Notes: generated by a model from the letters alone, not told the origin. Counted from the first letter of the whole stretch, positions 24,615-36,058 are shown. The stretch is DNA of 61,729 bases, filler included, from Stramenopiles sp. TOSAG23-6 (GCA_900128565.1; 2 parts of 2 records of this genome joined end to end with filler, not necessarily neighbours in it); one strand, 5' to 3'. Made by a program: numbers and translations.

Positions 24615-24765
24615 TAAGTTTGTGACTATTACTTGAACATTTTTTATGATGATAAAAAAATATTAAGAAAAAGAAGCATTAAATATAAATTATGCATATT
24701 TTGTGGTTTTATCGGGCCTTTATTGGTTTATTATTATCAAAATAGGAAACAAAACAGATATATTT

Positions 24766-27514
24766 TCAAGCCTGTTCATTCGCTTTGCTTTTTCCAGACG
24801 ATTTTCTTTTTTTCTTTTTCGGTTTTGCTGGAATCATCATTCGCATTCCTCCTTGCGCAGCCAAACGTTCTCTCAATGCAGATTTTCTATCCACAGCCTT
24901 TCTAGCTTCAACATCCTCCGGTGTTTCTTTTATATCAGAATCAGAATCAGAGTCTGGGGGAGGCGGCGGTGGTGATGAACCACGCCTCGCTTTTGGCGAG
25001 TTACCATCTACAGACACGGGACGCGATGGCCTCGGTGGGGGTGATTTTACTGTTGACGGAGTACTACCGCCTTGCATAACTGCTATAGGTTCAATTTCCG
25101 CATTTTCCTCGTTTGCTTTTGAAGAGGGTGAAGGAATACCACTGGTGACATCCGGCCCTTGATATTTGTTTTCATCTGATGACTTTGACACTAGCTTTGA
25201 TGCAGCTTCGATCTCACCAATTGTGGGTGATGCAAAGATACTTAACCTGCCACTATTTACACCTTTCAACGAGACTGTCTTTGACCTCTTTCTACCTTGC
25301 TCTGGGCTTTCCAGAATCTCTTCTGCAACGACAAGTTTAACATAATTTCCAGGAAAAAATCCTTCAGACCCTATTGGTATTCCTTGATCAGTAACAAGAG
25401 CTCCAGTCCACCACTCATTTACCCATGATGTCACTAAAATCATATCACCTAGAGAAAAATTGAGTCCCTGTTCATTTTCTGTTTTAAAGTCATATTGAGC
25501 TACGGCAAGCTTTGTTTCTCCAATCCGCATATCATCAACATTGTCATCCTTTGCAGAAATCTTTGAAGAACCGTTCGATACGTCATTGGTAGCAGTAGAT
25601 GCTTTCTGCTTTGGTGAAGAAGATTTGCTAAATGCATTAGAAACTCTATTGATTGACATTCGTTTTTCGCGCTTTATTTGTGCATTCATTGCTGCCATTG
25701 CTAAAGGATTTGGTTCCCTTTTATTTGCAGATAACCGATTTTTATTATTATCAATTGTAGGTGAATCTTCTTTTACTTCCAGAGGCTTAACTTCATCTGC
25801 TTCAGAGGTAAGACTTTCGTCTGGGTCGCTAACTGAAGTTTTCTCTTGTTTTTCTGGAGGAGGTGGTGGGATCTCATCTGAAAGTTCTTCTTTTAAAGGT
25901 GGTGGTGGGATCTCATCTGAAAGTTCTTCTTTTAAAGGTGGCTGTGAGATCTCATCTGAAAGTTCCTCTTTTAAAGGTGGCGGTGAGATCTCATCTGAAA
26001 TATCATTTTCACTGCATGAAATACTTTTTTCTCTGTCAATCTTTTCTTCATCATTTTCAACAACTTTTTCGACTTCAATTTCACCTTCTTGCTGAACATC
26101 TGAGGAGTCGTCCGAATTATCCTCATATTCATTTCCAGAATTCACATCAGAAACGTTTTCTTTGACTTCAGAAACAATTGGACCAGAATTCACATCAGAA
26201 ACATTTTCTTTGACTTCAGAAACAATTGGACCAGATTCATCATTACGCATACTTTTATGATGACTATTTCGGGGACTCATGCATTGTGAAAAAATATTTT
26301 TTTTTCCCTAAAAATAAATCATTAGTTTTTTTACGAAAAAAAAAAAAATTCAAACATTCAATTTTGAAAACGTACATAGATCCTCGGCGAGCTTCAGGTC
26401 TCCTTTCTTGGTAAAGTTTTTTAATCACTGCTTCTTCAGTTAGTTTGGCTGCAAAAGCTTCCATCAAATGTTTTGAATTTCCACCAAAAGCAGCGAGTAC
26501 GTTTGTCATGGCCAATATTTCAGTACGAATCATTAATGCTTGTTGCATTTGGAGAAAGTATTGTGAAAAAATATTTTTTTTTAGTAAAAAAAATCGNTAN
26601 GTACNGNANTNCCATACGAAAAAAATAAATTTTGAAATTTTGAAAACGTACATATCCACTGCTTTGTTCATTCTCAGGTCTGCTTCTCTATATTCTTCTT
26701 CACAATTTTCGTGCGCTTGCTGTCTTTGTAGAAGTTTATCTTCAGCTAAAGCAGCAACTTCATGACGATTTTTCTTTGCAAAGAATCCTGTTTTCAATGC
26801 TGCTGCACGTGCCTTTCGAGCTTTTCCTGCCGACTTTTCAAGCTTATAGTGGGCAGTTTCCAGATTGTCCATTGCTTCACGTCGCTTTCCAATCGCTCGT
26901 TCAACGTCGCTAATGAGAGCAATCAAGTTCGTCTGAAAACTTTCGACCGGTGCAAGTAATGAGGTTTGCCAAGTGCGTTCGTTATCAATTGAAATGAGTT
27001 GTTTTTGTGCGTCTGATAAACGTGTAAGGTCCTCAATATTGGTATCTACGTCATCTACTATGAACTCTTGGAGGCATTCCGTAACGTTTACAGAACTCGC
27101 ACAATAATCGCGCATATTTTCCAGCATTGCAGATGTCGCTTTAGAAATGGATACAATTTTCTTCGCCATGGCTTTTTTTTCTCGGACAAAGTCATGCTCC
27201 TGTGAAGAGTAAGAAAGAAATATTAGGGTAGAAAGGTGAGTAATGTGTATTTACTGATTGTGAAAGTCTGTATTCAAGAGAGGTTACTAAAATGACTTAC
27301 ATCTTTATCCTTGTATTTTGAATAACTAGACCACATTAAGCCACAACTTTGGATACAGCAATAGTGTAAATATTAATCCTACTGTTGCGAAAAAGAATCC
27401 GTCTCAGAAAAAAGAAGAAATATTCGATGAAACACTTAACGTAGTGTGAGGAGCGATTCTTCTTCGAATCAAATCAAAATCAGCTGAAGCTTCAAGTTTC
27501 TCCTCGAGAGCCAT
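24766..27514 (-). CDS. BAR-like + SH3 domain protein (amphiphysin/Rvs167-like) with Pro-rich tails, 5 exons
   Basis: Helical N-terminus; SH3 (AVAQYDFKTENEQGLNFSLGDMI..WWTG..GFFPGNYV). Exons joined through 2 GT-AG introns and 2 introner introns. Confidence 0.75.
25860..26233 (-). repeat. Coding tandem repeats: 4x39 nt (EELSDEIPPPPLK) and 2x~51 nt (SGPIVSEVKENVSDVN)
   Basis: Direct repeats visible in DNA and protein. Confidence 0.85.
26279..26375 (-). mobile_element. Introner-like GT-AT intron (97 nt)
   Basis: TCTAT|GTACGT...ACTAAT...CAATGCAT|GAGT. Confidence 0.8.
26556..26651 (-). mobile_element. Introner-like GT-TT intron (96 nt, in-frame, contains Ns)
   Basis: GATAT|GTACGT...CAATACTT|TCTC. 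Confidence 0.7.
27200..27300 (-). other. Canonical GT-AG intron (101 nt)
   Basis: GAT|GTAAGT...TTCACAG|GAG. Confidence 0.85.
27326..27440 (-). other. Canonical GT-AG intron (115 nt)
   Basis: AC|GTTAAGT...GCTTAAT..GTCTAG|T joins the MALEEKLE.. exon in frame. Confidence 0.6.
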
Positions 27515-27740
27515 CAAAAAAAATAAAAAAAACACGAAAAACTAAAAAAAATATCAATAATATGATCGATCAAACACGTCTTGACGCCCGAGTCAATGAA
27601 ATCGGACAGGTACAGAGCTCGACAGAAGCAGTCGTCGTGGAGAGTGCGCTTTACCATTTTTTCTAAATTACTGTGGATTCGCATTCGACAAATTCCATTT
27701 GCAGCCGAATAGCAGCTGTGTAGTTCTTTTTAATATTTTT

Positions 27741-30700
27741 ATGAAGAAGCTTCTGGTTGCTAAAGCAAAAGCTAAAAAAACAACGACTATGGTTAAACAA
27801 AAAGAAGGTTTGTGATCTGTATTACTGACATTTTTATTGTTGTGAATTTTCTTTAACTTTTTATTTACTAATATCTATATTGCTTTATTCCCACACAATT
27901 ACAGACCATGATGACGAAGATTACATGGATGATGAATCGGAAGGAGAGGAAGGTTATAAACAGGGTGGTTACCATCGAGTACACATTGGTGACGTGTACA
28001 ATAACCGATACAAGGTTTTGACAAAACTAGGCTGGGGACATTTTTCTACTGTTTGGACTGCGCTTGATACACAAAAGCGCCAGTATGTTGCATTGAAAGT
28101 TCAAAAGAGTGCAAAACACTATACTGAAGCTGCGATGGATGAAATTGCAATATTGACACGAGTAAACGAGGAGGCCGGAGTTGAAGACGTCAATGTAGTT
28201 CGTCTGCTGGATCACTTCAAACATAGTGGACCGAATGGTATTCATGTTTGCTTTATATTCGAAATGCTTGGTGAGAATCTGTTGAGTCTTATAAAGCAGT
28301 ATCACTACCATGGTATCCCACTTCCGATAGTTAAAAAAATCACAAAAGATGTTTGCAAAGGGATGGCGTTTCTGCATTCAAAATGTTCTATCATCCACAC
28401 CGACTTAAAACCAGAAAATATTTTAATCTCGATTCCTCAGTCAAGCAAGTTAAAATATCTCGATAGTACAATACCAATAGCAATTGGTCCAGATTTAGAA
28501 CAACTCCGACGGAGTAATGCAAATGGGGGCGAAGTCTCGTCATTTTCAACGAATAACCCTAACCCTACTCTGATTTCTACCAGTAAGTCATTAGCCACCG
28601 ACACGGCTCAACCTCCTATTCCTCCACCACCAACTGAAATGACTATTGAAGAAATATTAAAACAACTGAAGTCTTCAAAATCTGAGATGAGCTCTTCGAA
28701 AAGAAAGCGATTGAAAAAGAAATTAAAAAAGTTGTATCAGGATAAAGCTGAACATGTGGTAACAGATACAAAGGAATTGTGCAACAACGAAGAAAATGAA
28801 GAAAACGAAAAAAATGACAAAAATGAAAAAAATGACAAAAATGAAGAAAACGAAGAGAACGAAAAAAATGACAAAAAGAGTGACATGTGTAATAATTCAA
28901 CAATTTCAATAGAAACAATGGAAAAAACTCCTGTCAGTGGAAGCAATGCTAGTGTAACATGCGACATACAAAGAAATACAAAAAACGCGACAAATTTGCA
29001 AAATAATTTAAGTTTATTTGATGTAAAAGCTCCTCAAGTTCCAATAGAAAATAGTGAAGAAAATCTTCAAAATTTAAAAAAACTAAAAAATGATTCTGAA
29101 AAGAATGAAGATAATGCGATTCTATCTTCATCCGCTAAATATAAATTCCAAAAATTCGTGATAGTAAAACATGTAAAATATGACGAATATTCTGATGGAG
29201 AATTTGGATTTGAAATATTACAATGTAAAATTCCAATGAATGAAGAAGCAGCCAACAAAACTAAAACTAGCAATGATAAAAATGATATTCGGACAGATTG
29301 TTCCACGTATCGTAATATTATTTTTACATCGTTGAGTGTTGCTCGTGCGTACAATGAGAGCATGATAGAAGAACATGAACAACTTCTCCAAGAATCTGAA
29401 GAGAATGAAGAAGACGAAGATATTGATTTTTTTCACTCTTTTATTTGTCCAATTAAAACAGGGGATTTAAAGTTCTCTAACGATCGAATTCCCATACAAA
29501 TACATGATATAGATGATTTACCCTCTCCTCCTTTGTTTCGGCGTGCGAGATTTGACGAGTGGTGTGTTGTATCCAATACACAAATCTACAGATTATTTGA
29601 GCAAAAGAATTTCAACTGCTCTTTACTAAAAGATATTCATAATAATATCCTCCAATGGGAGCAGAATAGACCCCATTCTGGTGCTCACTACGATCCTACT
29701 CTTGACTATGCTAACCTTTTCAACAAGGAGAAGAATCTTTCTAGTAGTGTTGTTGACTCAAAGCCTAACCCTAACTTATATAATTCTTTAAATACTTCAA
29801 AAAAACCTCCTCTTCCTCCTGGTTCTCTTACTCAGCAAATTCGAAATTCGCCAAGTGATGCCTCTCTGCAGAAGAATTCTCCTTCGTTGCCTCCGAATGA
29901 TAATGATGACGATAGTGTTGGCAATGTTCCATTGGAAGATATGCAAATAGATTGTATAGAACCTACACTGGAGCCAATATCTAAGTTTGATTGGAAGTAT
30001 CCACCAAGACAACATATTTTTCGTGTCATTTTTGCCGCTCCAAAAGGTGTAATGCAAAGCGCTTTTGAGTGTCCTAAAATGAAACAAATTATTGCATCGG
30101 ATGAACAGAAAGAAAAAGTCGTAGATAAACTTTATTGTGAAGATGATGATAGTACTGATATGAACCCACCTTTGAGAGATTGGCATTTTAGTTGTTCTAA
30201 TGGTACTGATAGTTCTCTTTTGATGATACGATTTCACGATGAAGATGAAGAAATACATATTGCAAATTCTATTGGACGTATCGCAAAATTGAATATGGGA
30301 CAACATCGTTCTGGTGCTCCTGATAAATTTGATGATCTTTATTTATGGAGTATTCGATTTGATGCGCGGCATTGTATTGCCGTTTTCACTGCTCTGGAAG
30401 AACATATGAAAAATCTTTTCTTTTTTCGTGTACCCATGTCTTCACACTCTAAGGGAACTAAAGGTCCGGCTTTATTCCCAGAAACTGTTTATGAACAATG
30501 TAGACTCCCACGTATCATTAGAAGTGATAAACTTGTAGTCATGGGATGTTATATACCACCGGATAGTGATCGTTTTAATTTTAGTAATTGTATCTTATCT
30601 GTGAATGAACGCTTTAAATCATGGGAAGATAAACTATCAAGTTGTCAGTCTGGCATAGCAACACAGCTTGATGACGGACGTGATATTCAATGTAAAGTTG

Positions 30701-30822
30701 TGGATCTTGGAAATGCTTGTTGGAAAGATCGTCATTTTTCAGATGACATTCAAACTAGACAATATAGATGCCCCGAAGTAATATTAGGGGCTAAATATTG
30801 CACTCCTGCTGATATGTGGAGT
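27741..30822 (+). CDS. SRPK: SR protein kinase (SRPK family), 3'-truncated by assembly gap
   Basis: GGYHRV, KLGWGHFSTVW, VALKVQKSAKHYTEAAMDEI, IIHTDLKPEN, long spacer, VDLGNACW, DIQTRQYRCPEV. Confidence 0.92.
27808..27904 (+). other. Canonical GT-AG intron (97 nt)
   Basis: GAAG|GTTTGT...TACTAAT...TTACAG|AC. Confidence 0.8.
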
Positions 30823-30886
30823 GTAAGTTTTATATGAATTTCTAATTTAATTTTTTTTTCATACGAAATTTCGTACCTAACGATTT
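30823..30886 (+). mobile_element. Introner-like intron, 5' part (runs into gap)
   Basis: TGGAGT|GTAAGT...ATACGAAATTTCGTACCTAACG. Confidence 0.8.
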
Positions 30887-30986
30887 NNNNNNNNNNNNNN
30901 NNNNNNNNNNNNNNNNNNNNNNNNNNNNNNTTAATTAATTAANNNNNNNNNNNNNNNNNNNNNNNNNNNNNNNNNNNNNNNNNNNN
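30887..30986. other. Artificial contig-joining spacer (N-TTAATTAATTAA-N, stops in all six frames)
   Basis: Symmetric N runs around TTAATTAATTAA at 30931-30942. Confidence 0.9.
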
Positions 30987-31087
30987 TTGTGAAAAAATAT
31001 TTCAAAAAAAAAACTTAAATTTGTTAGGTACAAAATTTCGTACAAAACAAAATTCGATTTTTTTGTTAAAAAAAAAATAAAACATAC
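30987..31087 (-). mobile_element. Introner-like intron (3' end in gap)
   Basis: AT|GTATGT...TACCTAAC...TTTTCACAA. Confidence 0.8.
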
Positions 31088-34000
31088 ATATTAAATGGAC
31101 ATAACCAAGGCGAGCCTATATGATGGTCGCCTAATGCAGCTGCAACGGATAATGCGGAGCAGGAGTAAAACATATCCACGTATTTTGGAAAAATATTTGA
31201 AAAAAAAAATCATTAGGTACAAAATTTCGTACGAAAAAAAATTCGAAGTTGAAAAAAAATAAAACGTACACTTCCAAATGTTTGTTAATATGATGATGAT
31301 GGAGTCTTTCATACAAGGTTGTCAGATGACTTAAACTCCGAAATAAAGTATGTATTTTGGAAAAATATTTGAAAAAAAAATCGTTAGGTATGAAATTTCG
31401 TATGAAAACAAATTCGATTTTTTTGTTAAAAAAAAAAATAAAAATATTTGAAAAAAAAATCGTTAGGTACAACATTTCGTATGAAAAAAAAATTAAATTA
31501 GAAATTCATATAAAACGTACATTATCTTCATCCCATTCTTTACTTCTATTCAGTGTAATATGTTCAACTATAAAACGAAAACGCCGAAAATCTCTAGTCA
31601 GAATTTCCAAAACTGTTTTACTACATACATTGCGTTTACAATGTTTTTTGGAAAAATATTTCAAAAAAAATCTAAACACAATTGTTAGGTACAAAATTTT
31701 TTTACCAAAAAAAAAAATAAATTTGAAATTGAAAAAAAATAAAACATACATGCTGTTTGCTATTTTGATTGCTACCATCCTTACCATCACAAAATGAATT
31801 AGAATTCTGAGCTTGATGAAGGATTCCATTTGAATTATTTTGTCTACCATTGTCATAATTAAAAAGAGATTTTGGTTCAATTTCTGAACAAACTGAGCTG
31901 ATATTATCATAAGTATTCATACTTAATTTTGCAATCATGACTAACGGAAATTGTAATAATGAATCCGATGTATTTTGGAAAAATATTTCAAAAAAAATCT
32001 AAAACATTTTGTTAGGTACAAAATTTCGTACGAAAAAAAAATGTAGACAAAAAATTGAAAAAAAATAAAACATACATGCTCCAGAATCACTTATATGAGA
32101 ATCTTGTACCATTTCTTCCGGCATAAAAATAACTCGCCAATCCGTTAATAGCAAGGTACCAATTTTTAGTTCGTTAGGAGTAGGGTCAGGACAAGAACCC
32201 AATATCGCAAGAATATGTATTGTGAAAAAATATTTTGTGAAAAAAATCGTTAGGTACGGAATTTCGTACGAAAAAAAAACTTGAATTTGAAATTCATTAT
32301 GAAATTGTACATGAGGAATAACCAGTTCTGGGAGTTCTGTGGCTTTGGGTGGAAGAGAAAGAACTCTAGCCTGGGAAGCACGCTGATCTTTTGATGCATC
32401 AAGTAGTAACTTCACACGGCGTTTTCTGAAAAAGTCATTACGAAATTTTGATGCATACGTATTGCAAAAAAATATTGCAAAACAAAAAAATCGTTAGGTA
32501 CAAAATTTCGTACGAAAAAAATAAATTCGAAATTGAAAAAAAAAACGTACACTGTGTACATATAAAATGATCCCATGCAATGCGAAGCGACATCAACTCA
32601 CCGAAATTAAAAAACGTTTTCATTGCAAATTCTGCAACAGCATTTTGTAATTGAGTCCGTCTCGATGTATTTTGGAAAAATATTTCAAAAAAAAAAAATT
32701 AATTTTTGTTAGGTACAAAATTTCGTACGAAAAAAAATTCGATTTTTTGTTTAAAAAAAAAGATAAAACATACATGCTGCTAAAGATCTTGCACTGAACG
32801 GTTGGCGTGATTCCAACATTCCGCCCTCTCCTTTTTTTAATTCCATCTCTTCAATCGCTTTTACAAATATATTTTGGAAAAATATTTCAAAATTTACTAT
32901 AAAAAAATTTGTTAGGTACAAAATTTTCAAAAAAAAAAAATCAATTTTTTGTTAAAAAAAAAAAATAAAACATACATAATTCAAAACTTCCTGGGGAAAA
33001 AATGGGTTTTTCTCCTTCAGTATTTTTAGTATTTTTAGTATTTTTAGTATTTTTAGTATTTTTAGATTGTTCACTCACCCACTTGCGAAGAACCTTTCGA
33101 GACCATCGAGATAGTTGGGCACCTGAAAGGTTTACAATTGTATTTTCATTACTAGTTGTAGAAAAATGAAAACCACGTTTTGCCGCTGCAGCTACGAAAC
33201 GCCGAGTGACGTCATCAACTGCTTCTAGATTGGATCCAAGTCGAGTTTTTTCCACATTTGCTAAATTTTCAGCTCTTATATCAGCATCTATTTGAGCAAC
33301 TTCTGCTTCTTTTTTTGCTGCATCTAACAAATCAATGTGTATTTTGGAAAAATATTTCAAAAAAAATCTTAAAAAATTGTTAGGTACAAAATTTCCTATG
33401 GAAAAATAAATTCAATTTCAAATTTAAAAAAAAAAAAAAAACATACATTTGTTTTTTCTAGATCCAAACACTTTTCAATATATAATTTATCACTTGCAGA
33501 ATCGTTAGGGTTAGGATTTTGGAGGCTAAAAGGAAGCGCCAATCTACCTTCGCTTCGAATATTTCGTATGAATTGTGGAAAAATATTTCAAAAAAATCTA
33601 AAAACATTTGTTAGGTACAAAATTTCCTATGAAAAAATAAATTCGAAATTGAAAAAAAATAAAACATACATTGATTCGTGAACAATATTTTCACTCGGAG
33701 ATATCGAACAAATGGCCTCAACCAAAATTTCTCCAGTCACATATAATGAAAAGAAATATTTCCAAAAATTGATTTTTTTGTTAGGTACGAAATGTTCTAT
33801 GAAAAACAAACTTAAAATTCATGATAAATAAAAACGAATATAATAAAAACGAATATAATAAAAACGAATAGTATATAAAAACTCAAAAAAAAATCTTTTT
33901 TGTTTTTTTTGTTTTTTTTTGTTTTTTTTTGTTTAGGTACGAACTTTCCTATGAAAAAAAATAATAAATGAAAACATACATGCTTTGAACGTTTCGTCCG

Positions 34001-34792
34001 TTTGCCTAAGGGAAGCCATTCAGAACAGATGGTGCACGCAGATAGTGAACATATACTCATGTATTGTGAAAAAATATTTCAAAAAAAAATTAATTTTTGT
34101 TAGGTACAAAATTTCGTACGAAAACAAATTCAAAATTGAAAAAAAAATAAAACATACATAGCAGCTTTCCCAAGAAATTTTCCAGTGCCAATTATAGATC
34201 GTTTGTGAAAAACTTCGACTTCAATAAAAGAGTGTAACCCTTGAGACAACGGAAATACAAACATCATGTCCCAACTAGGGTTAATACCCCCCTTCTTCTC
34301 ACCCTCAATCTTATGGTCCAGTGTACATGTATTGTGAATTTTTTTTTTATAAAATTTGTTAGGTACAAAATTTCGTACAAAAAAAACAAAAATTTGAAAT
34401 TGATAAAACGTACAGGCTTTTCCGCTACCAACACGTACTTCACAATATGGATTTAATGTTCCAACAGTTCCTTTGGAAGTCAAGTTTCGGGCGCTAGAAA
34501 TTTTTACAACGATAAAAGGACCAAGGTCTTGCTGTTTGTGCCGAAGTGAAGACAACTCAAAGAACTCCTTTAATCCTCCTTGCGATCTATAAAGTCGAAC
34601 TGCAAGAGCTGGACGCTTTCTACACGATGCACGGGAATTAACTATAGGTACTATGTCTTCTACTGTAGGTGTATCTTGACCACCACCTTGATTTATTACA
34701 GTCTTCTTAGAATGAAAGTCACTATCAGACGAAGTTTCAACAGAAGGACAGGCATTTCGTTTTTTTCGTGAAAATGGGTTCCAACTCTTCAT
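31088..34792 (-). CDS. C2-domain + PH/GRAM-like protein (possibly myotubularin-related), at least 14 exons, 3'-truncated
   Basis: C2 (VKISSARNL..LNPYCEVRVG..GGINPSWD..IEVEVFH..FLGKA); GRAM-like (GTLLLTDWRVIF..QFPLVMIAKL). One continuous frame after removing 13 complete introner introns. Confidence 0.7.
31178..31269 (-). mobile_element. Introner-like GT-GT intron (92 nt)
   Basis: GAAGT|GTACGT...AAAATACGT|GGAT; GT duplicated. Confidence 0.8.
31350..31520 (-). mobile_element. Composite introner GT-AT intron (171 nt, two branch modules)
   Basis: AAT|GTACGT...two TACCTAAC...AAAATACAT|ACT. Confidence 0.75.
31641..31749 (-). mobile_element. Introner-like GT-AT intron (109 nt)
   Basis: CAT|GTATGT...CCAAAAAACAT|TGT. 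Confidence 0.8.
31968..32075 (-). mobile_element. Introner-like GT-AT intron (108 nt)
   Basis: GCAT|GTATGT...AAAATACAT|CG. Confidence 0.85.
32215..32310 (-). mobile_element. Introner-like GT-AT intron (96 nt, in-frame)
   Basis: CAT|GTACAA...CAATACAT|ATT. Confidence 0.75.
32457..32550 (-). mobile_element. Introner-like GT-GT intron (94 nt)
   Basis: CAGT|GTACGT...CAATACGT|ATGCA; GT duplicated. Confidence 0.8.
32665..32773 (-). mobile_element. Introner-like GT-AT intron (109 nt)
   Basis: GCAT|GTATGT...AAAATACAT|CG. Confidence 0.85.
32867..32975 (-). mobile_element. Introner-like GT-AT intron (109 nt)
   Basis: TTAT|GTATGT...AAAATATAT|TTG. Confidence 0.85.
33337..33446 (-). mobile_element. Introner-like GT-AC intron (110 nt)
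   Basis: AAT|GTATGT...AAAATACAC|ATTGAT; required by frame. Confidence 0.7.
33568..33669 (-). mobile_element. Introner-like GT-AT intron (102 nt)
   Basis: CAAT|GTATGT...CACAATTCAT|ACGA. Confidence 0.8.
33741..33979 (-). mobile_element. Composite introner GT-AT intron (239 nt, two branch modules, internal 16-nt tandem repeat)
   Basis: CAT|GTATGT...two GTACCTAA...CATTATAT|GTG. Confidence 0.7.
34059..34157 (-). mobile_element. Introner-like GT-AT intron (99 nt)
   Basis: GCTAT|GTATGT...CAATACAT|GAGT. Confidence 0.85.
34327..34413 (-). mobile_element. Introner-like GT-AT intron (87 nt, in-frame)
   Basis: GCCT|GTACGT...CAATACAT|GTACA; interrupts the C2 domain. Confidence 0.75.
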
Positions 34793-35182
34793 ATCACTTT
34801 CTACTACAAACTACAAACTACAACGTAAAGTAAAGTAAAGTAAAGCAAAAAGGTACAATGGTGTTGTGGAAGTTACAGGTGTGAAAATAGTGGTGCATTC
34901 CAAAAATGTTTCGTATGGGATGACCTATACCTACAAGTATATTAGTATCGATAAAGCGCGTGAAATGAAAAAATTCGACCTGAAATCCAAAAAATAGCAA
35001 ATTTGAAAAAGTCGATCCCGGTAATCCATCGGTTAAAAAAACGGAAATTTGAAATTTCTCTTTTTATACCCTTCGGCATTTGCCTAAACGTTTCACATTA
35101 TTCTGGAACATCGAAATCTACGCCGATCAATAGTGATTTATATGTGCACACGATTCAATATCCTGCATAATATACTTTGGTA

Positions 35183-35983
35183 ATGGTCAAGACTAAATCA
35201 AAGTCGAAAAAAAGTAAGCCTACTTGGGTCACGAAACTTGATGAAGGCATTGAAACACTAGATTTATCCACCTACAACTTTAGCGGTGAACGTACCAAAA
35301 AACTTGCTAAAAAATTAGTGCAAAACAATACATTGACTTTTCTCGACATGTATCGATCACGGTGTGGTCCAGTGGGTTGCACTGCTATTGCTGATGCCCT
35401 GGGAAAGAATCATACCCTCCAGCATTTGCATTTACGAAGTAACGGTGTCAAACCAGATGGAGTACTATATCTATCAAAAGCATTAGCACATAAGAGTTGT
35501 GCTCTCTTATCCCTTGATTTGTCATATAATCTACTGAAAGATGAAGGTATGATTGAAATTGGGAGATCTCTGAGAGGTAATCAATCACTCATTCGATTAT
35601 TTCTCTCTGGTAACGGTATTGGTGCCAAAGGCGTCGAAGCACTAACTAAACCACTACGTAAAAATGTGACGTTGACGGAACTAGATCTATCGTGTAATCG
35701 TCTTGGGGGTAGTAGTGGGACGCTGGCAGCAGAATGCATCGTGGTACTACTTCAAGAAAATAAACATTTACTTTCGCTCAACTTAGACACGAACAAACTT
35801 GGTAACGATGGTGCGCATATAATTTCCGGTGCTATTTCTGGAGACACAGCACTAACATATCTTGACATGTCTGCTAATTTTTTAAAAGAAGATGGGGCGA
35901 ATGCGTTGAGTGTTGCGGCTAGAGGCGCAATACAGTTAACAGTTTCAATGCAAGATAATAATCTACCTATAAAGAAGTTTTAA
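35183..35983 (+). CDS. RNI-like leucine-rich repeat protein
   Basis: 28-aa LRRs (NxTLxxLxLxxNxIGxxG). Confidence 0.85.
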   Translation: MVKTKSKSKKSKPTWVTKLDEGIETLDLSTYNFSGERTKKLAKKLVQNNTLTFLDMYRSRCGPVGCTAIADALGKNHTLQHLHLRSNGVKPDGVLYLSKALAHKSCALLSLDLSYNLLKDEGMIEIGRSLRGNQSLIRLFLSGNGIGAKGVEALTKPLRKNVTLTELDLSCNRLGGSSGTLAAECIVVLLQENKHLLSLNLDTNKLGNDGAHIISGAISGDTALTYLDMSANFLKEDGANALSVAARGAIQLTVSMQDNNLPIKKF

Positions 35984-36058
35984 TCTAAGTAAGATATTTC
36001 AGTAGAGTCAAATTATTTTTCTAATTTTATTATTTTGTGGGAAATTAAGGTTTTGAAA

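Noticed and set aside
28430-30680. Long insert splitting the kinase domain as a mobile element or intein
   Set aside because: A low-complexity spacer between the kinase lobes is an established SRPK feature, and no intein motifs were seen.
30931-30942. TTAATTAATTAA palindrome as a biological site
   Set aside because: Embedded symmetrically in Ns; a six-frame stop linker added during contig concatenation.
31091-34060. Short F/K/I-rich ORFs in the track (e.g. 31131-31475, 31357-31797, 33812-34060)
   Set aside because: Read-through into or antisense to introner sequence, not independent genes.
30987-34413. CRISPR-like array (recurring repeat with unique spacers)
   Set aside because: Spacers are variable-length exons forming one ORF, repeats are ~100 nt and degenerate, there are no cas genes and the context is eukaryotic.
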